A stretch of DNA of 64,000 nucleotides from an uncultured Gemmatimonadales bacterium (GTDB lineage Bacteria; Gemmatimonadota; Gemmatimonadetes; Gemmatimonadales; GWC2-71-9), in assembly GCA_963844035.1 (NCBI GenBank), contig CAWJMT010000036.1, positions 32,001 through 96,000 on the forward strand. Direction: 5' to 3'. The translations under genes and the position numbers were made by a program. Within the stretch, counting starts at the first letter, position 1; each line of letters begins with the position of its first letter. The notes beneath the pieces were generated by a model. That model made no database searches and had not been told where the DNA came from. It saw nothing but the letters and a program-made list of their open reading frames with translations. Positions 31,093 through 41,101 of the stretch are shown one piece after another.

Positions 31093-32394
31093 TCAGTTAC
31101 GGCGCGGTCCGATATAGACGCGCGCGCTGTCGAGCGCCGTATCGCGCCCCGCGAGCCAGTCGTCCACCGTTTGCTCGACGGCGATCTCAGGCGGAATTCC
31201 GACGCCGGTGAACTCGGTCCCGTCCGGGAAGGCTTCACGCACCACCGAGAGGGACAAGCTCCAATCCTTGAGCAACGCCAGCTCGAGCGGCCGTCCGGGA
31301 CTGCCCGACGAGGTCGAGCCGACGATCACGCCCCGTCCGGTGTTGCGGAACGCGGCCACGAGATCCTCCGCGGCACCGGCGGAGGCGGCGGAGCTGAGCG
31401 CTGCGATCGGGCCGGTGTAGCCCGGCAGGTCGATGCGCGGAGCGATCGAATCGACGGGGAACGCGTACCAGGTTTGGGCGGAGTCGGTCGGCCCGAATAT
31501 GCGCAAACCGGGCCGGTACGCCGGCGTACGTCGGCGGACAGTCGGAAACGCCTGCGTCGTCAGCCGCGCGAGGATTTGATAGCAATACAGTGGCTCCCCC
31601 GGCGCGGGGCTGCGCAGGTCGAGAATCAAGCCGCGCACGCCGGCAAATGTTGGGAACGCGCGGTCGAACTGCTCCACCACCTCGCGGCTGTCGAGGCGGG
31701 TGAGACGCACCGCCACGATGCCGTCGGGCAGCGAGTCGATCTGCAGGGCGGGGGGTTGGAGCGGCCAGCGATCCGCGAGCGATACGCTGCGCGTGACGCT
31801 GATCCCGCGCAGCTGGTCTCCCGGCAGCCGGAGGACCAGCTGCAGGGATGTGCCCCTCGGGCCCTCGAGCATGTCCCGGACGGCACGTTCCCAGCGTGCG
31901 GCCGGAGTCGCTCCACTGACTTGGGGAAGGATCGAGTCGCGGATCCACTGGTCCGCCGGGACGCCTTGCACGGAGACGATCTCGGCCAGGCGCTGCGGCC
32001 GGGCGACGCGCATCTCGTCGTTCAGCGCGTAGTCGTCGATGAACGGGCGGCTGGCGACGCTGGCCACCGCGATGGGCGGGCGCGCCAGCCGTGATCGCAG
32101 CGCTTCTGGAGCGAGCACCGCCGCCTGGCCGTCGCCGAGCAGGGCCACGAGGCGGCGCAGTCCGCGCCAGAACTCGAGATCGGGCTGGGGTTGCACGGCG
32201 CGGCGCAGCGATGCGGCGAGCGCCGAGTCCCAGTCGGCACGCACGTCGGCCCATCGGGAGGAGTTACGTCGCGCCTCGCTCCACACGCGCGCGACCAGCT
32301 GGGTGCGGTCGGTCGCCGAGAGCTTTTGCGCGGCGCCGCGGGTGGTTGACGTCACCACGAACACCAGGAGGGCGAACAGCAGCCGGATGGACAT
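31093..32394 (-). CDS. S41 family peptidase (secreted)
   Basis: Signal peptide, PDZ-like middle, GLILDLR, SAGAAE, IVGSTSSG, GVGIPPE. Confidence 0.8.
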   Translation of the reverse strand: MSIRLLFALLVFVVTSTTRGAAQKLSATDRTQLVARVWSEARRNSSRWADVRADWDSALAASLRRAVQPQPDLEFWRGLRRLVALLGDGQAAVLAPEALRSRLARPPIAVASVASRPFIDDYALNDEMRVARPQRLAEIVSVQGVPADQWIRDSILPQVSGATPAARWERAVRDMLEGPRGTSLQLVLRLPGDQLRGISVTRSVSLADRWPLQPPALQIDSLPDGIVAVRLTRLDSREVVEQFDRAFPTFAGVRGLILDLRSPAPGEPLYCYQILARLTTQAFPTVRRRTPAYRPGLRIFGPTDSAQTWYAFPVDSIAPRIDLPGYTGPIAALSSAASAGAAEDLVAAFRNTGRGVIVGSTSSGSPGRPLELALLKDWSLSLSVVREAFPDGTEFTGVGIPPEIAVEQTVDDWLAGRDTALDSARVYIGPRRN

Positions 32395-33625
32395 GCGCCT
32401 AATCTATTTGGTCCTCTTCATGGCGCCGCAGGTACTGCTCTACCGCTACCTGTGGGAGCGCCTCCCAAACCCCGAGCGGCCGCGCCAGGCCGGGATCGCG
32501 CGCGCGGTCCTGACCGTCGTCTTCGTGGTCTTCAACATCCCGTGGATCTTCGTCGCCCACCGGGTGCTGTTCGGAACGGTGTGGGGCATCGGCTGGATAC
32601 CGTTCACCGGTCCCTGGGTCGCGTGGCAGCTCCTGGGATGGATCTTCCTCGCGCTGGTCGTCCTCTATGTGGCGCTGAAGGGGTTGCTCTGGGTGGTGGG
32701 ACGGCTCGAGCAATGGAAGGTCGGACGGGTGGACCCGGTCGTGGCGTTCGAGCTGTCGGATGCGCCGGAGGTCCAGCTCACCCGCCGTCAGTTTCTCGCG
32801 CGCGGCACGTACGCCTACGCCGCGGCGGGCGCCGCGCTCTCGACGTACGGGATCTGGAGCGCGTATCGAGTCCCGGTCGTCACCCGCCGCACCCTCACGT
32901 TCCCGGACCTGCCTGCCGCGTTCGACGGCCTGCGCGTGGCGCATCTCTCCGACCTTCACGCCGGGATACATCTGGGCGAGGACCGCATGCAGGAGATCGT
33001 CGCCCAGGTGAATGCACTGCGCCCCGATCTGGTCCTCCAGACCGGCGACATGATCGACATCTCGCGCCAGTACATCGCTCCCTACGTGCGTGCGTTTCGC
33101 GACCTGTCCGCCCCCCTCGGCTGTTTCACCGTGCTGGGCAACCACGATCACTACACCGGGTCGGCGCAGGTCGCGCGTGGCGTGCTCGACGCGGGACAGG
33201 TCCTGCTGATGGACCGATCCAAGGTGATCGAGCGTGACGGTGCTGCCATCGCCCTCCTGGGGATCGACGATCCCGACAACTGGAAGTCCGACGATCCCCA
33301 GGCGGAGTTTGTGGACCGCGCGCTCCGGCATGCCCCACCGGAGGCGTTCAAGATCCTGCTGAGTCATCGCCCCGGTGCCTGGGACGCGGCGGTACCTCGG
33401 GATATCCAGCTCACACTCGCCGGCCACATTCACGGTGGGCAGTTCTATCTCCCGGTCCTTGGCTGGTCGGCCGGGCGGCTGATCACTAAGTACGTCATGG
33501 GACACTTCCAGCGCGGCCACAGCCAGCTGTACGTGAGCCGCGGCATCGGCGTGGTGGGGGTGCCGATAAGAGTATTCGTGCCCCCGGAGATTGAGCTGTT
33601 TGAACTCAGGCGGGTAGGCGGGTAG
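32393..33625 (+). CDS. Membrane-anchored metallophosphoesterase (YkuE/YaeI-like)
   Basis: TM N-terminus, TRRQFL, LSDLH, TGDMID, LGNHD, LLSHRP, GHIHGGQ, VSRGIG. Confidence 0.9.
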   Translation: MRLIYLVLFMAPQVLLYRYLWERLPNPERPRQAGIARAVLTVVFVVFNIPWIFVAHRVLFGTVWGIGWIPFTGPWVAWQLLGWIFLALVVLYVALKGLLWVVGRLEQWKVGRVDPVVAFELSDAPEVQLTRRQFLARGTYAYAAAGAALSTYGIWSAYRVPVVTRRTLTFPDLPAAFDGLRVAHLSDLHAGIHLGEDRMQEIVAQVNALRPDLVLQTGDMIDISRQYIAPYVRAFRDLSAPLGCFTVLGNHDHYTGSAQVARGVLDAGQVLLMDRSKVIERDGAAIALLGIDDPDNWKSDDPQAEFVDRALRHAPPEAFKILLSHRPGAWDAAVPRDIQLTLAGHIHGGQFYLPVLGWSAGRLITKYVMGHFQRGHSQLYVSRGIGVVGVPIRVFVPPEIELFELRRVGG

Positions 33626-33668
33626 ACGGGTGGTACGCCCGCCTACCCGCCTGCCCGCCTACCCGCCC
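33609..33668. repeat. Inverted arrays of 8-mer (GGCGGGTA)n/(TACCCGCC)n between convergent genes
   Basis: Read directly; overlaps both stop codons. Confidence 0.8.
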
Positions 33669-34231
33669 TTTATCGCGTCCCACGCCGCTTCAATCGTCGC
33701 ACCCACGCTCGCATGCTCCGCGGTCCACTCGCGGGCCGACACCCGGTCCACGACCAACGCCAGCACGCTCAGCCACACGGAGGCCCACAACTCCGCGGCG
33801 CCCGGTCTCACGGACCCGTCGGCCTTGCCATGGGCGATCACGCTCTCGACCGCGAGCCGGAAATCGCGCGCCACCTTGTGGCTTTCGTCGTCCAACAGGG
33901 CGCCGTGCCGCTGGACGAAGAAGAGCCGGGCAATCGCCGGCTCGCGCGCGGCGCCAGCCGCCAAGGCCCGCCCCAGCTCGTTCAGCCGCTCCCGAGCGCC
34001 CGCGTGTGCAGCCTCCGCCTCGGTGACCAGCTGGGCGGCCCAGCGCGCGGACGCCCGGTACAGCTCGTTCAGCAGGTGCTGCTTGCTGCGAAAGTGTCGG
34101 TAGATGGTGCCTTCGGCCACGCCCGCCTTCCGGGCAATCTGGGGCGTAGTGGCGAGGTGATAGCCTTCGGTCGTGAACAGCTCGAGGGCGGCACGCACCA
34201 AGCGCTGGCGCGTCAGGTCGGCCTGCGTCAT
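33659..34231 (-). CDS. TetR/AcrR family transcriptional regulator
   Basis: AALELF...IARKAGVAEGTIYRHFRSK HTH. Confidence 0.92.
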   Translation of the reverse strand: MTQADLTRQRLVRAALELFTTEGYHLATTPQIARKAGVAEGTIYRHFRSKQHLLNELYRASARWAAQLVTEAEAAHAGARERLNELGRALAAGAAREPAIARLFFVQRHGALLDDESHKVARDFRLAVESVIAHGKADGSVRPGAAELWASVWLSVLALVVDRVSAREWTAEHASVGATIEAAWDAIKGG

Positions 34232-34342
34232 CGGGCGGCAATCTAACGCCGTGCTGGGCGCGATGCTGGGCGCGCCGCCGCGTGCGCCGCCGCTAGATTT
34301 CCAGCGCCTCGCGATTCCCCTCCAACCGGGAGGCCGCACTCG

Positions 34343-35478
34343 ATGCGGATTCTCGTGCTCGGCGCAGGGTTGCAAGGATCCGCCTGCGCGTACGATCTGC
34401 TCCAACAGCGCGCCGTGGACCGCGTCACGGTCGCGGACCTGAACCCTCAGGCCGCCGTCGACCTGCTCAAGGACCACCTCGGCTCGCGCCTCGTGCTCGC
34501 CACGGTGGATGTCCAAGACGCGACCGCCCTGCGTGGACGTCTTACGCGGGCATGACGTGGTCCTGTGCGCGCTGCCCTACTACTTCAACCTCGCCATCTC
34601 CCGGCTGGCGCTCGAGCTCGGCATCCATTCCGCCGACCTGGGCGGCAACACCGACATCGTGTTCCAGCAGAAGCAGCTCGATGCGGAGGCGCGCGCCAAG
34701 GGTGTGACGGTGGTCCCCGACTGCGGCTTGGCTCCAGGCATCGCCAACATTCTTGCCGCGGAGGGAATTCGCCGCGTTGCTGACGCGGAAACGGTCAAGC
34801 TCTTCGTCGGTGGGCTGCCGCAGCGTCCGGAGCCTCCCCTCAACTACCAGCTGGTCTATTCGCTGGAAGGAGCGCTCGACTATTACACCACGCCCGGCGT
34901 GGGTCTTGCGCGACGGGAAGCCCACCCACGTCGACCCGCTCTCCGAGCCCGAGCCGGTCGCGTTCCCGCCGCCGCTGGGCACCCTCGAGGCGTTCCATAC
35001 GGCCGGCGGTATCTCAACGCTGCCGTGGACGTACCAGGGTCGGATTCGTACCATGGAGTACAAGACGCTGCGCTACCCGGGTCACGTGGCGCTCATGCGG
35101 GCGATCCGGGATCTGGGATTGCTCTCGCTGGAGCCGATCAAGGTCAAAGGCCAGCAGGTGATCCCGCGCGATGTGTTCATCGCCGCGGTCGCCCCGAAGC
35201 TGACCAAGCCTGCGCAGCCCGACCTGGTGGCGCTGCGGGTGGAAGTGCGGGGACGGAGCGGCGCCCAGGTCGCGTGGCAGATACTCGACTACTTCGACGC
35301 AGTCCGGGGCATCAGCGCGATGCGGCGCGTGACGGGGTATTCGCTCGCGATCACCGGCGTCATGCAGGCGGACGGCCGTATCGGGGTGCCGGGCGTGCAC
35401 ACACCCGACGAGGCGGTGCCGTTCGCGGAATTCGTTGCTGAGCTGGGAAAACGAAACATCGAAATCAGAGAGGTGTGA
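34343..35478 (+). CDS. Saccharopine dehydrogenase/lysine 6-dehydrogenase family (frameshifts near 34540 and 34895)
   Basis: LGAGLQG, DLGG, DCGLAPG, VGGLP, LEAFHT.GG, YKTLRYPGH, SAMRRVTG. Confidence 0.88.
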
Positions 35479-35480
35479 GA

Positions 35481-35534
35481 AGGTGTCAGGTGCCAGGTGT
35501 CAGGTCCCTGACACCTGACACCTGACACCGGCAC
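35481..35534. repeat. Inverted arrays of 7-mer (GGTGTCA)n/(TGACACC)n between convergent genes
   Basis: Read directly; the same 7-mer occurs at 4392-4422. Confidence 0.8.
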
Positions 35535-36712
35535 CTAGTAGCTCCACTGCGTCCCGAACAGGAGCTGTGCTCCCTCGCTGGCTGCGCCGACGCCCACCAC
35601 CAAGAGCGAGTTACGTAAGAAACGCACCGCCACTTCGACGCCTCCGCTCGGGTGCAGGCCGTCCGTGGTGAGGCGAAACCCTTCCCCTGGCCCGAATACC
35701 CGGCCCGTGTCGTAGAAGCCCACGATCACGACCTCGAACACGCTCGGAGCCAGGACCGCCCGGTAGCGCAGCTCGACCCCGCCGAGCAGCTTCCCCGGCC
35801 CTACAAACCGGGCGTCGTAGTAGCCACGCAGCGACTGGTATCCCCCCACGGCGACGAATGGGCGCTCGCTCGACTCCATCTCGACCTGGGGGGCCAGGGG
35901 CGGACTGCCGCCCGTTCCCTCCCCGCCGAGGCGTGCCGCGAGCACTAGGCGCTTGAACGGGTGCAGGTACACCCGTGCGCTCCCGGTCGTGCGCGTGTAC
36001 CCCGGCCCGCTCGCGAACAGTCCTTCAACCACGATTCCGGAATGGGGATCAAGTTCATTGTCGCGGGTGTCGAGCACCAACCCGGCCCGTACGGTCTTGT
36101 CGGTGAACCGTTCAAACGTCGAATCCTGTGCGAACAGACTGGGGCCGGGGAGTGCGTGAAAATCGGTGCGGGTGATGCCCGCACCTACGAGCGCGCGTAG
36201 CGGTCCCACCACGCGACGCTGTAGCGTGATGCGGGCGGCCGGATGAGTACGGCTGACCTGGTAGTAGTGCGGTGCATCCGCCGTGACACTGTCGGCAGTG
36301 TAGGGCGCGTCGTTCCCCAGGCCATAGAACCCCAGCCGATTGTCGCGAGCGGCGGACAGGGTCAGCCGGAGGCGCCATCCGTCCCACAAGGCGGGGAGCT
36401 GGGCGTCAGCGACCACGTTGTAGCTACCCTCCGTGCTCCCGCCCGCGTCGAAATTCACGGCGCCGGCGTTGAGCCTCCGGGCGCTCGCTCAAACCCGAGC
36501 GCGCTCGACAGACCGTAGTGCGCGGCAAACCAGAAGCCGTCCACCGTGCTGTAGTACGCGTAGGGATAGAACGAGCCGCTCCACGCGCGCTGCCCGCTGA
36601 GCGAAGGCACCAGGGCAAACGCGCCGGCCAGCGCGGTGACCCAGGTTCGCCGCGCGAACGTGGTCAGCTTGCCGGGGGTGGGGCGCACTCCTAATGTTCC
36701 GCTTCGTGTCAT
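35535..36712 (-). CDS. BamA/TamA (Omp85)-like outer-membrane beta-barrel (frameshift near 36470)
   Basis: DTRDNE, GGYQSLRGYYDARF (loop-6 motif), FYDTGRVF, aromatic C-terminus. Confidence 0.78.
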
Positions 36713-36798
36713 CAGATCCTTTCGACCGTCTCGAATCTATATGCGGGAGTCTTGGTCGCCCGGCGGAGCATGGCAGACCCGCGCGTCGGAGTTGAGGT

Positions 36799-37521
36799 GT
36801 GTCCGCGGCTCCTGAGTTGTCGCTCGTGATTCCGGTGTACAACGAACGGGACAGCCTGCCGCTCCTGGTCGGGGAGATCGCTGCCGCGCTGATTGGACGA
36901 CCCTACGAGATCGTGGCCGTGGACGACTGTTCGGACGACGGTTCCCTGGATGTGCTCAAACGCCTCAAGCTCGAGCACCCTCAACTGCACATTGTGGCGC
37001 TGGCGGCGCGCGCCGGTCAGACGGCTGCGTTCGCCGCGGGCTTCCAGGCCGCGCGTGGTGCGGTGATCGTCACCCTGGACGCCGATCTGCAGAATGACCC
37101 GGCGGACATCCCCGCGCTCGTCGGGCGGCTCGCCGAGACCGGCATGACGGCGATCGTCGGGTACCGGGTGAACCGCCGCGACTCCGGTTGGAAGCGCCTG
37201 CAGGCCCGTATCGCGAACGGTGTACGCAACCGGCTGAACGCCGAGACGATCCGCGACACTGGATGCTCGCTCAAGGCGTTTCGCGCGGATGCGGTGCGGG
37301 CGCTGCCCCTGTACAACGGCATGCATCGCTTCTTCCCAACCCTGATCAAGCTGTATGGAGGAACGGTGGGGGAGATCCCGGTGCAGCACCGGCCGCGTCG
37401 CTTTGGCCGAACCAAGTACGGCATGTGGAACCGCGTGTTCCGATCCCTGGCCGATGCCCTGGCCGTGCGCTGGATGCAGCGCCGGACGCTGCGGTACGAC
37501 GTGCGGGAGGAGTTGATCTAA
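36799..37521 (+). CDS. GT2 glycosyltransferase (polyprenol-phosphate glycosyltransferase-like)
   Basis: VIPVYNE, VDDCSDD, TLDADLQNDP, DTGCSLK, HRPR..G.TKY. Confidence 0.92.
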   Translation: MSAAPELSLVIPVYNERDSLPLLVGEIAAALIGRPYEIVAVDDCSDDGSLDVLKRLKLEHPQLHIVALAARAGQTAAFAAGFQAARGAVIVTLDADLQNDPADIPALVGRLAETGMTAIVGYRVNRRDSGWKRLQARIANGVRNRLNAETIRDTGCSLKAFRADAVRALPLYNGMHRFFPTLIKLYGGTVGEIPVQHRPRRFGRTKYGMWNRVFRSLADALAVRWMQRRTLRYDVREELI

Positions 37522-37862
37522 TGAGCGCCCATGAAGAGTGGGTCAAGCAGATCGCGGCCGAGCTCGACGGTGAGCTGACGCTCCCGGAGCGGGCCACACT
37601 CGCCCACCACCTCGCGGGCTGCACCGCGTGCGCCGGTGCGCGTGCCAGCCATCTGGAGCTTCGGGTGGCGCTCGCGCGCTCGGCGGGTCAATTGGACGCA
37701 CCGGCAGGTCCTCGTCCCCAGATCCGGGGAGGCAGGGTTGTGCTCTGGGTGGCGGTCACCTTGTTCGTAGGAATCATGGCCGGGTGGCTCGCGCACGTTC
37801 GGTGGGGTGGGCCAGGCCCCGGCTCGCTGGAGGCGTCGCGTGCCGCGTTTACCCTGGAGTAG
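37521..37862 (+). CDS. zf-HC2 anti-sigma-like membrane protein
   Basis: LDGEL...HLAGCTAC and a single TM helix. Confidence 0.75.
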   Translation: MSAHEEWVKQIAAELDGELTLPERATLAHHLAGCTACAGARASHLELRVALARSAGQLDAPAGPRPQIRGGRVVLWVAVTLFVGIMAGWLAHVRWGGPGPGSLEASRAAFTLE

Positions 37863-38721
37863 CTTCGCCGCCGCCGCCGCCGCGCTGCTGGCTGCGGCAC
37901 CGGCCGCGGCCCAGGTGCCGGGCTACCGCCTCACGTACGCGGTCCGCGTCCTGGAACGGGATGCCGGTGGAACGCGCGTGCTCGCGGTAGGGTCCGTAAG
38001 CGGTCCCCAGGAAACCAACCTTCGCCTCGCCCTGCGTACGGATACAGCGGAAGTGGAGGCGTTGCTCGACGTCTTCGCCGAGCCCGACACGGCGACCCTT
38101 TCGGGCGCATTCCTGGCGCGGCGTCGCGCCGGCCGTTCGCGTCGTGGCCTGCCGCTCTGGGAGGTGGACTCCTACCGGCGGAGCACACGCATCGCATGGG
38201 GTGCGACGTCCTACTTGTACCCCTTCGGCCGAGTGCAGGGTGGGGAGCGTCACGCGGTTTGGCTCGAGATCGTCGTCAGTCGCGAGTTCGCGGGGGGCCA
38301 AACGCGGCCTGCGGAGTTTGTCGGGATCAACGACTCCTCCCCAGTTCGGCTGACCCTCGAAGCGGTTGTACGCCCGCGGCGGGCCGCTGTGCGGCTCACC
38401 CTCCTGCGGGCCGATACCGCCAGCGCGCCCAAAGTGTTGGACATGGTCCCCGACGCGAGCAGCCGGCCGGTGACGTTCGTGGTGGGGCCAGGGCAGGCGC
38501 GCACGGTCGAAGTGGCTCTCACCCTCCCCGACCCGCCCCGCGCCGGCCGCGACAGTGCGCTCGCCACCAATGCGGACGTGCTGTGCCTGCTGGTCGTTGA
38601 CCCCGGATCCACGGAGCCGGCGCGGCGGCGTTGCGGGCGCTTGAATAACGTGGCGCGGCAGCTGCCCCTCTCCGATCGAGATACCCTGGTCGTAACGTTC
38701 GCCTGGCCAGCGGCGCGCTGA
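37840..38721 (+). CDS. Secreted hypothetical protein
   Basis: Ala-rich signal peptide (APAAA-Q). Confidence 0.6.
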   Translation: MPRLPWSSFAAAAAALLAAAPAAAQVPGYRLTYAVRVLERDAGGTRVLAVGSVSGPQETNLRLALRTDTAEVEALLDVFAEPDTATLSGAFLARRRAGRSRRGLPLWEVDSYRRSTRIAWGATSYLYPFGRVQGGERHAVWLEIVVSREFAGGQTRPAEFVGINDSSPVRLTLEAVVRPRRAAVRLTLLRADTASAPKVLDMVPDASSRPVTFVVGPGQARTVEVALTLPDPPRAGRDSALATNADVLCLLVVDPGSTEPARRRCGRLNNVARQLPLSDRDTLVVTFAWPAAR

Positions 38722-38732
38722 GCTCCGCAAAC

Positions 38733-38761
38733 TTGACAATGAGAATCCCGATTTATATCAT
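38733..38761 (+). promoter_or_regulatory. Sigma70 promoter TTGACA-17-TATCAT with overlapping Fur-like half-site
   Basis: Near-consensus hexamers; AATGAGAAT adjoins the -35 element. Confidence 0.75.
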
Positions 38762-38783
38762 CGGCTTTCCTGTCATGTCGTTG

Positions 38784-38806
38784 CAATTGATACTCATTCT
38801 CAATTG
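38784..38806. promoter_or_regulatory. Fur-family box
   Basis: CAATTGA-TACTCATTC-TCAATTG; core TGATACT-C-ATTCTCA versus the 7-1-7 consensus TGATAAT-N-ATTATCA. Confidence 0.8.
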
Positions 38807-38811
38807 GTGCC

Positions 38812-40020
38812 ATGCGACTGAGCGCTCTGTGCGTCGTGCTCTTGGGGTTGGCGGTCCCTGTCTCCGCGGCTGCCCAGGAAAAGGATGAATCGCACGATTC
38901 CGGGCGCTTCGGCTTCGGGGGTTTTGCCGTCCTCAACTATTTCCACTTCGCTTGGGACACCGACACCAACCGCCGCGACGCGGTGGATCTGGAGCGGTTC
39001 GTCCTCGAGTCGCACTACCAGGTGAATCCCCGGCTGTTGTTCGAGAGCGAGGTCGAATTCGAGCACGGCGGGACCGGCGTGACCATGGAGTTCGACCGGC
39101 TCGAGGAGTTCGGTGAGTTCGAGCAGGAGGTCGAAAAGGGTGGTGAGATCGTGGTCGAAAAGCTCCAGGCCACGTTCCAGCTGCGGCGGGCGTTGAACGT
39201 GCGGGTCGGGCACCTCTACGTCCCCGTCGGGCTGCTTACAGCGTACGACGAACCCGAGGACTACTTCACCAACACGTATCCGGAGGCCGAAGCGGCGTTG
39301 ATCCCCACGATCTGGCACGAGACGGGAGCGGGGGTTTTCGGGCAGGTAGGGCGGGTCCACTACCAGGGCTACGTGGTCACCGGGCTCGATGCCACCGGCT
39401 TCAGCTCGGCCACGTGGGTGCGGCGCGGCCACCAGGTGCGCTTCGAGACGGCGAACGCGGAAGACCTCGCCTTCACGGGGCGCGTGGATTTCGACGTCGC
39501 TCCCGAATGCCGCGTCGGCGCCTCCGCCTATTGGGGCAACTCAAGCGGGAACCGGCCCAAGCCCGACCTCGCGGTGCCTGCCTACGTCACGATTTTCGAC
39601 GGCCATGCCAACGCGGTGGTCGGTCGGTTCCGGCTGCGTGGCCTGGTGCTCTACGGCGAGCTGCAGAATGCCGACCTCGTGTCGGCCGCGAACCGCAACC
39701 TTTCCAACAACCTGAACGTGAAGCGTACACCGGTCGGGAGCGCCGCCCTCGGATGGTACGTCGAAGGCGGGGTCAACGTGCTGGGCTCCCATGCGCCCCT
39801 TTTCTTCTACGGGCGTTACGACTGGTACGACACCATGTACAAGGTGACCGGTGACGTGTTCGATAATCCGCGCTGGGCGCGTGAGGCAGTGACCACCGGC
39901 TTCAACTGGTTTCCCGATCCTCACTTCATCGTGAAGGCGTCGTACTCCCGGCGGACCATCGGAATCCCCTCGGCCAATGTCGAGGAGACCGTGGCGCTGG
40001 GAGTCGCGGCGCAGTTCTAG
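38812..40020 (+). CDS. Outer-membrane porin-like beta-barrel (iron module)
   Basis: Signal peptide, SEVEFEHGG, IPTIWHETG, C-terminal Phe. Confidence 0.8.
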   Translation: MRLSALCVVLLGLAVPVSAAAQEKDESHDSGRFGFGGFAVLNYFHFAWDTDTNRRDAVDLERFVLESHYQVNPRLLFESEVEFEHGGTGVTMEFDRLEEFGEFEQEVEKGGEIVVEKLQATFQLRRALNVRVGHLYVPVGLLTAYDEPEDYFTNTYPEAEAALIPTIWHETGAGVFGQVGRVHYQGYVVTGLDATGFSSATWVRRGHQVRFETANAEDLAFTGRVDFDVAPECRVGASAYWGNSSGNRPKPDLAVPAYVTIFDGHANAVVGRFRLRGLVLYGELQNADLVSAANRNLSNNLNVKRTPVGSAALGWYVEGGVNVLGSHAPLFFYGRYDWYDTMYKVTGDVFDNPRWAREAVTTGFNWFPDPHFIVKASYSRRTIGIPSANVEETVALGVAAQF

Positions 40021-40048
40021 CCAACCTTTCAACAATCCTTTTGGATGA

Positions 40049-41101
40049 ATGATGAAGACTCTGCTTCCCCTGCTCGGCGCCCTGTTGCTCGTCACCTCCG
40101 CCTGCAACGAAGACACCGCCGCTCCTCCGGCCGGGTTCGACGCGACCGCCATGCTGGCCGACGTCCCGACCAAGGTCATCCTCGCCACCTACCAGGACCT
40201 CGAGGCGAAAGCGGTGGCGCTGCGCACGGCCGTTAATACGTTTAACGGGGCACCGACCGATCCGAACCTCACCGCGGCCCTGAACGCGTGGCGGGCAGCC
40301 CGCCGTCCGTGGGAGCAGGCTGAGGGCTTCTTATTCGGCCCGGTCGAAACGCAGGGGATCGACCCGGCGATCGACAGCTGGCCCGTGAATCGGGTGGACC
40401 TCGACGCCGTACTGGCGAGCGCAGCGACACTCAACCAGGCGTACATCGATGGACTCGAGGGCACGCTGAAGGGATTTCATACGATCGAGTACCTGCTATT
40501 CGGCACGACGAGCACCAAGGTGGCGGCGGACTTCACCGCCCGCGAGCGCGAATATCTCGTTGGATCGACGGCGAGTCTCGCGGCGGCGGTGACGACGCTC
40601 CGCGCCGCATGGGATCCGGCCGGCGGCAATTACGCGCACACCGTGTCTTCCGCCGGTGCCGCCGGAAACGCCGTCTACATCAGCCAATCCGCCGCGATGC
40701 AGGAGCTGATCAACGGCATGATCGTGATCTGCGACGAAGTGGCCAACGGCAAGATCAGCGGTCCTTTCGATCAGCAGGATCGCTCGCTCGAGGAGTCCCA
40801 GTTCAGCAACAACTCGAACCAGGACTTCGCGGACAACATCCGCAGCGTGCAGAATGTGTACATGGGCAACTACGGCACGTCGAGCGGCACCGGCGTACGG
40901 GCGCTGGTCCTCGCGAAGCAGTCGAGCCTCGATGCCACCATCCAGAGTCAGATAACCGCCGCAATCAACGCCATCGGCGAGATGACGCCGACCTTCGGGG
41001 AGGCGATCACCAGCAATCCCACTAAGGTCGAGGCGGCACGCACGCGGATCCGTGACCTCAAGCTGACCCTCGAGTCGCAGGTGCTGGCGTTGGCACAATG
41101 A
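40049..41101 (+). CDS. Imelysin-like (peptidase M75) iron-regulated lipoprotein
   Basis: TSAC lipobox, WEQAEGFLFGP, IDSWP, GFHTIEYLLF (GxHxxE), ESQFS. Confidence 0.9.
   Translation: MMKTLLPLLGALLLVTSACNEDTAAPPAGFDATAMLADVPTKVILATYQDLEAKAVALRTAVNTFNGAPTDPNLTAALNAWRAARRPWEQAEGFLFGPVETQGIDPAIDSWPVNRVDLDAVLASAATLNQAYIDGLEGTLKGFHTIEYLLFGTTSTKVAADFTAREREYLVGSTASLAAAVTTLRAAWDPAGGNYAHTVSSAGAAGNAVYISQSAAMQELINGMIVICDEVANGKISGPFDQQDRSLEESQFSNNSNQDFADNIRSVQNVYMGNYGTSSGTGVRALVLAKQSSLDATIQSQITAAINAIGEMTPTFGEAITSNPTKVEAARTRIRDLKLTLESQVLALAQ

Noticed and set aside
31028..35534. CRISPR array
   Set aside because: Repeats are 7-8 bp without spacers and no cas genes are present.
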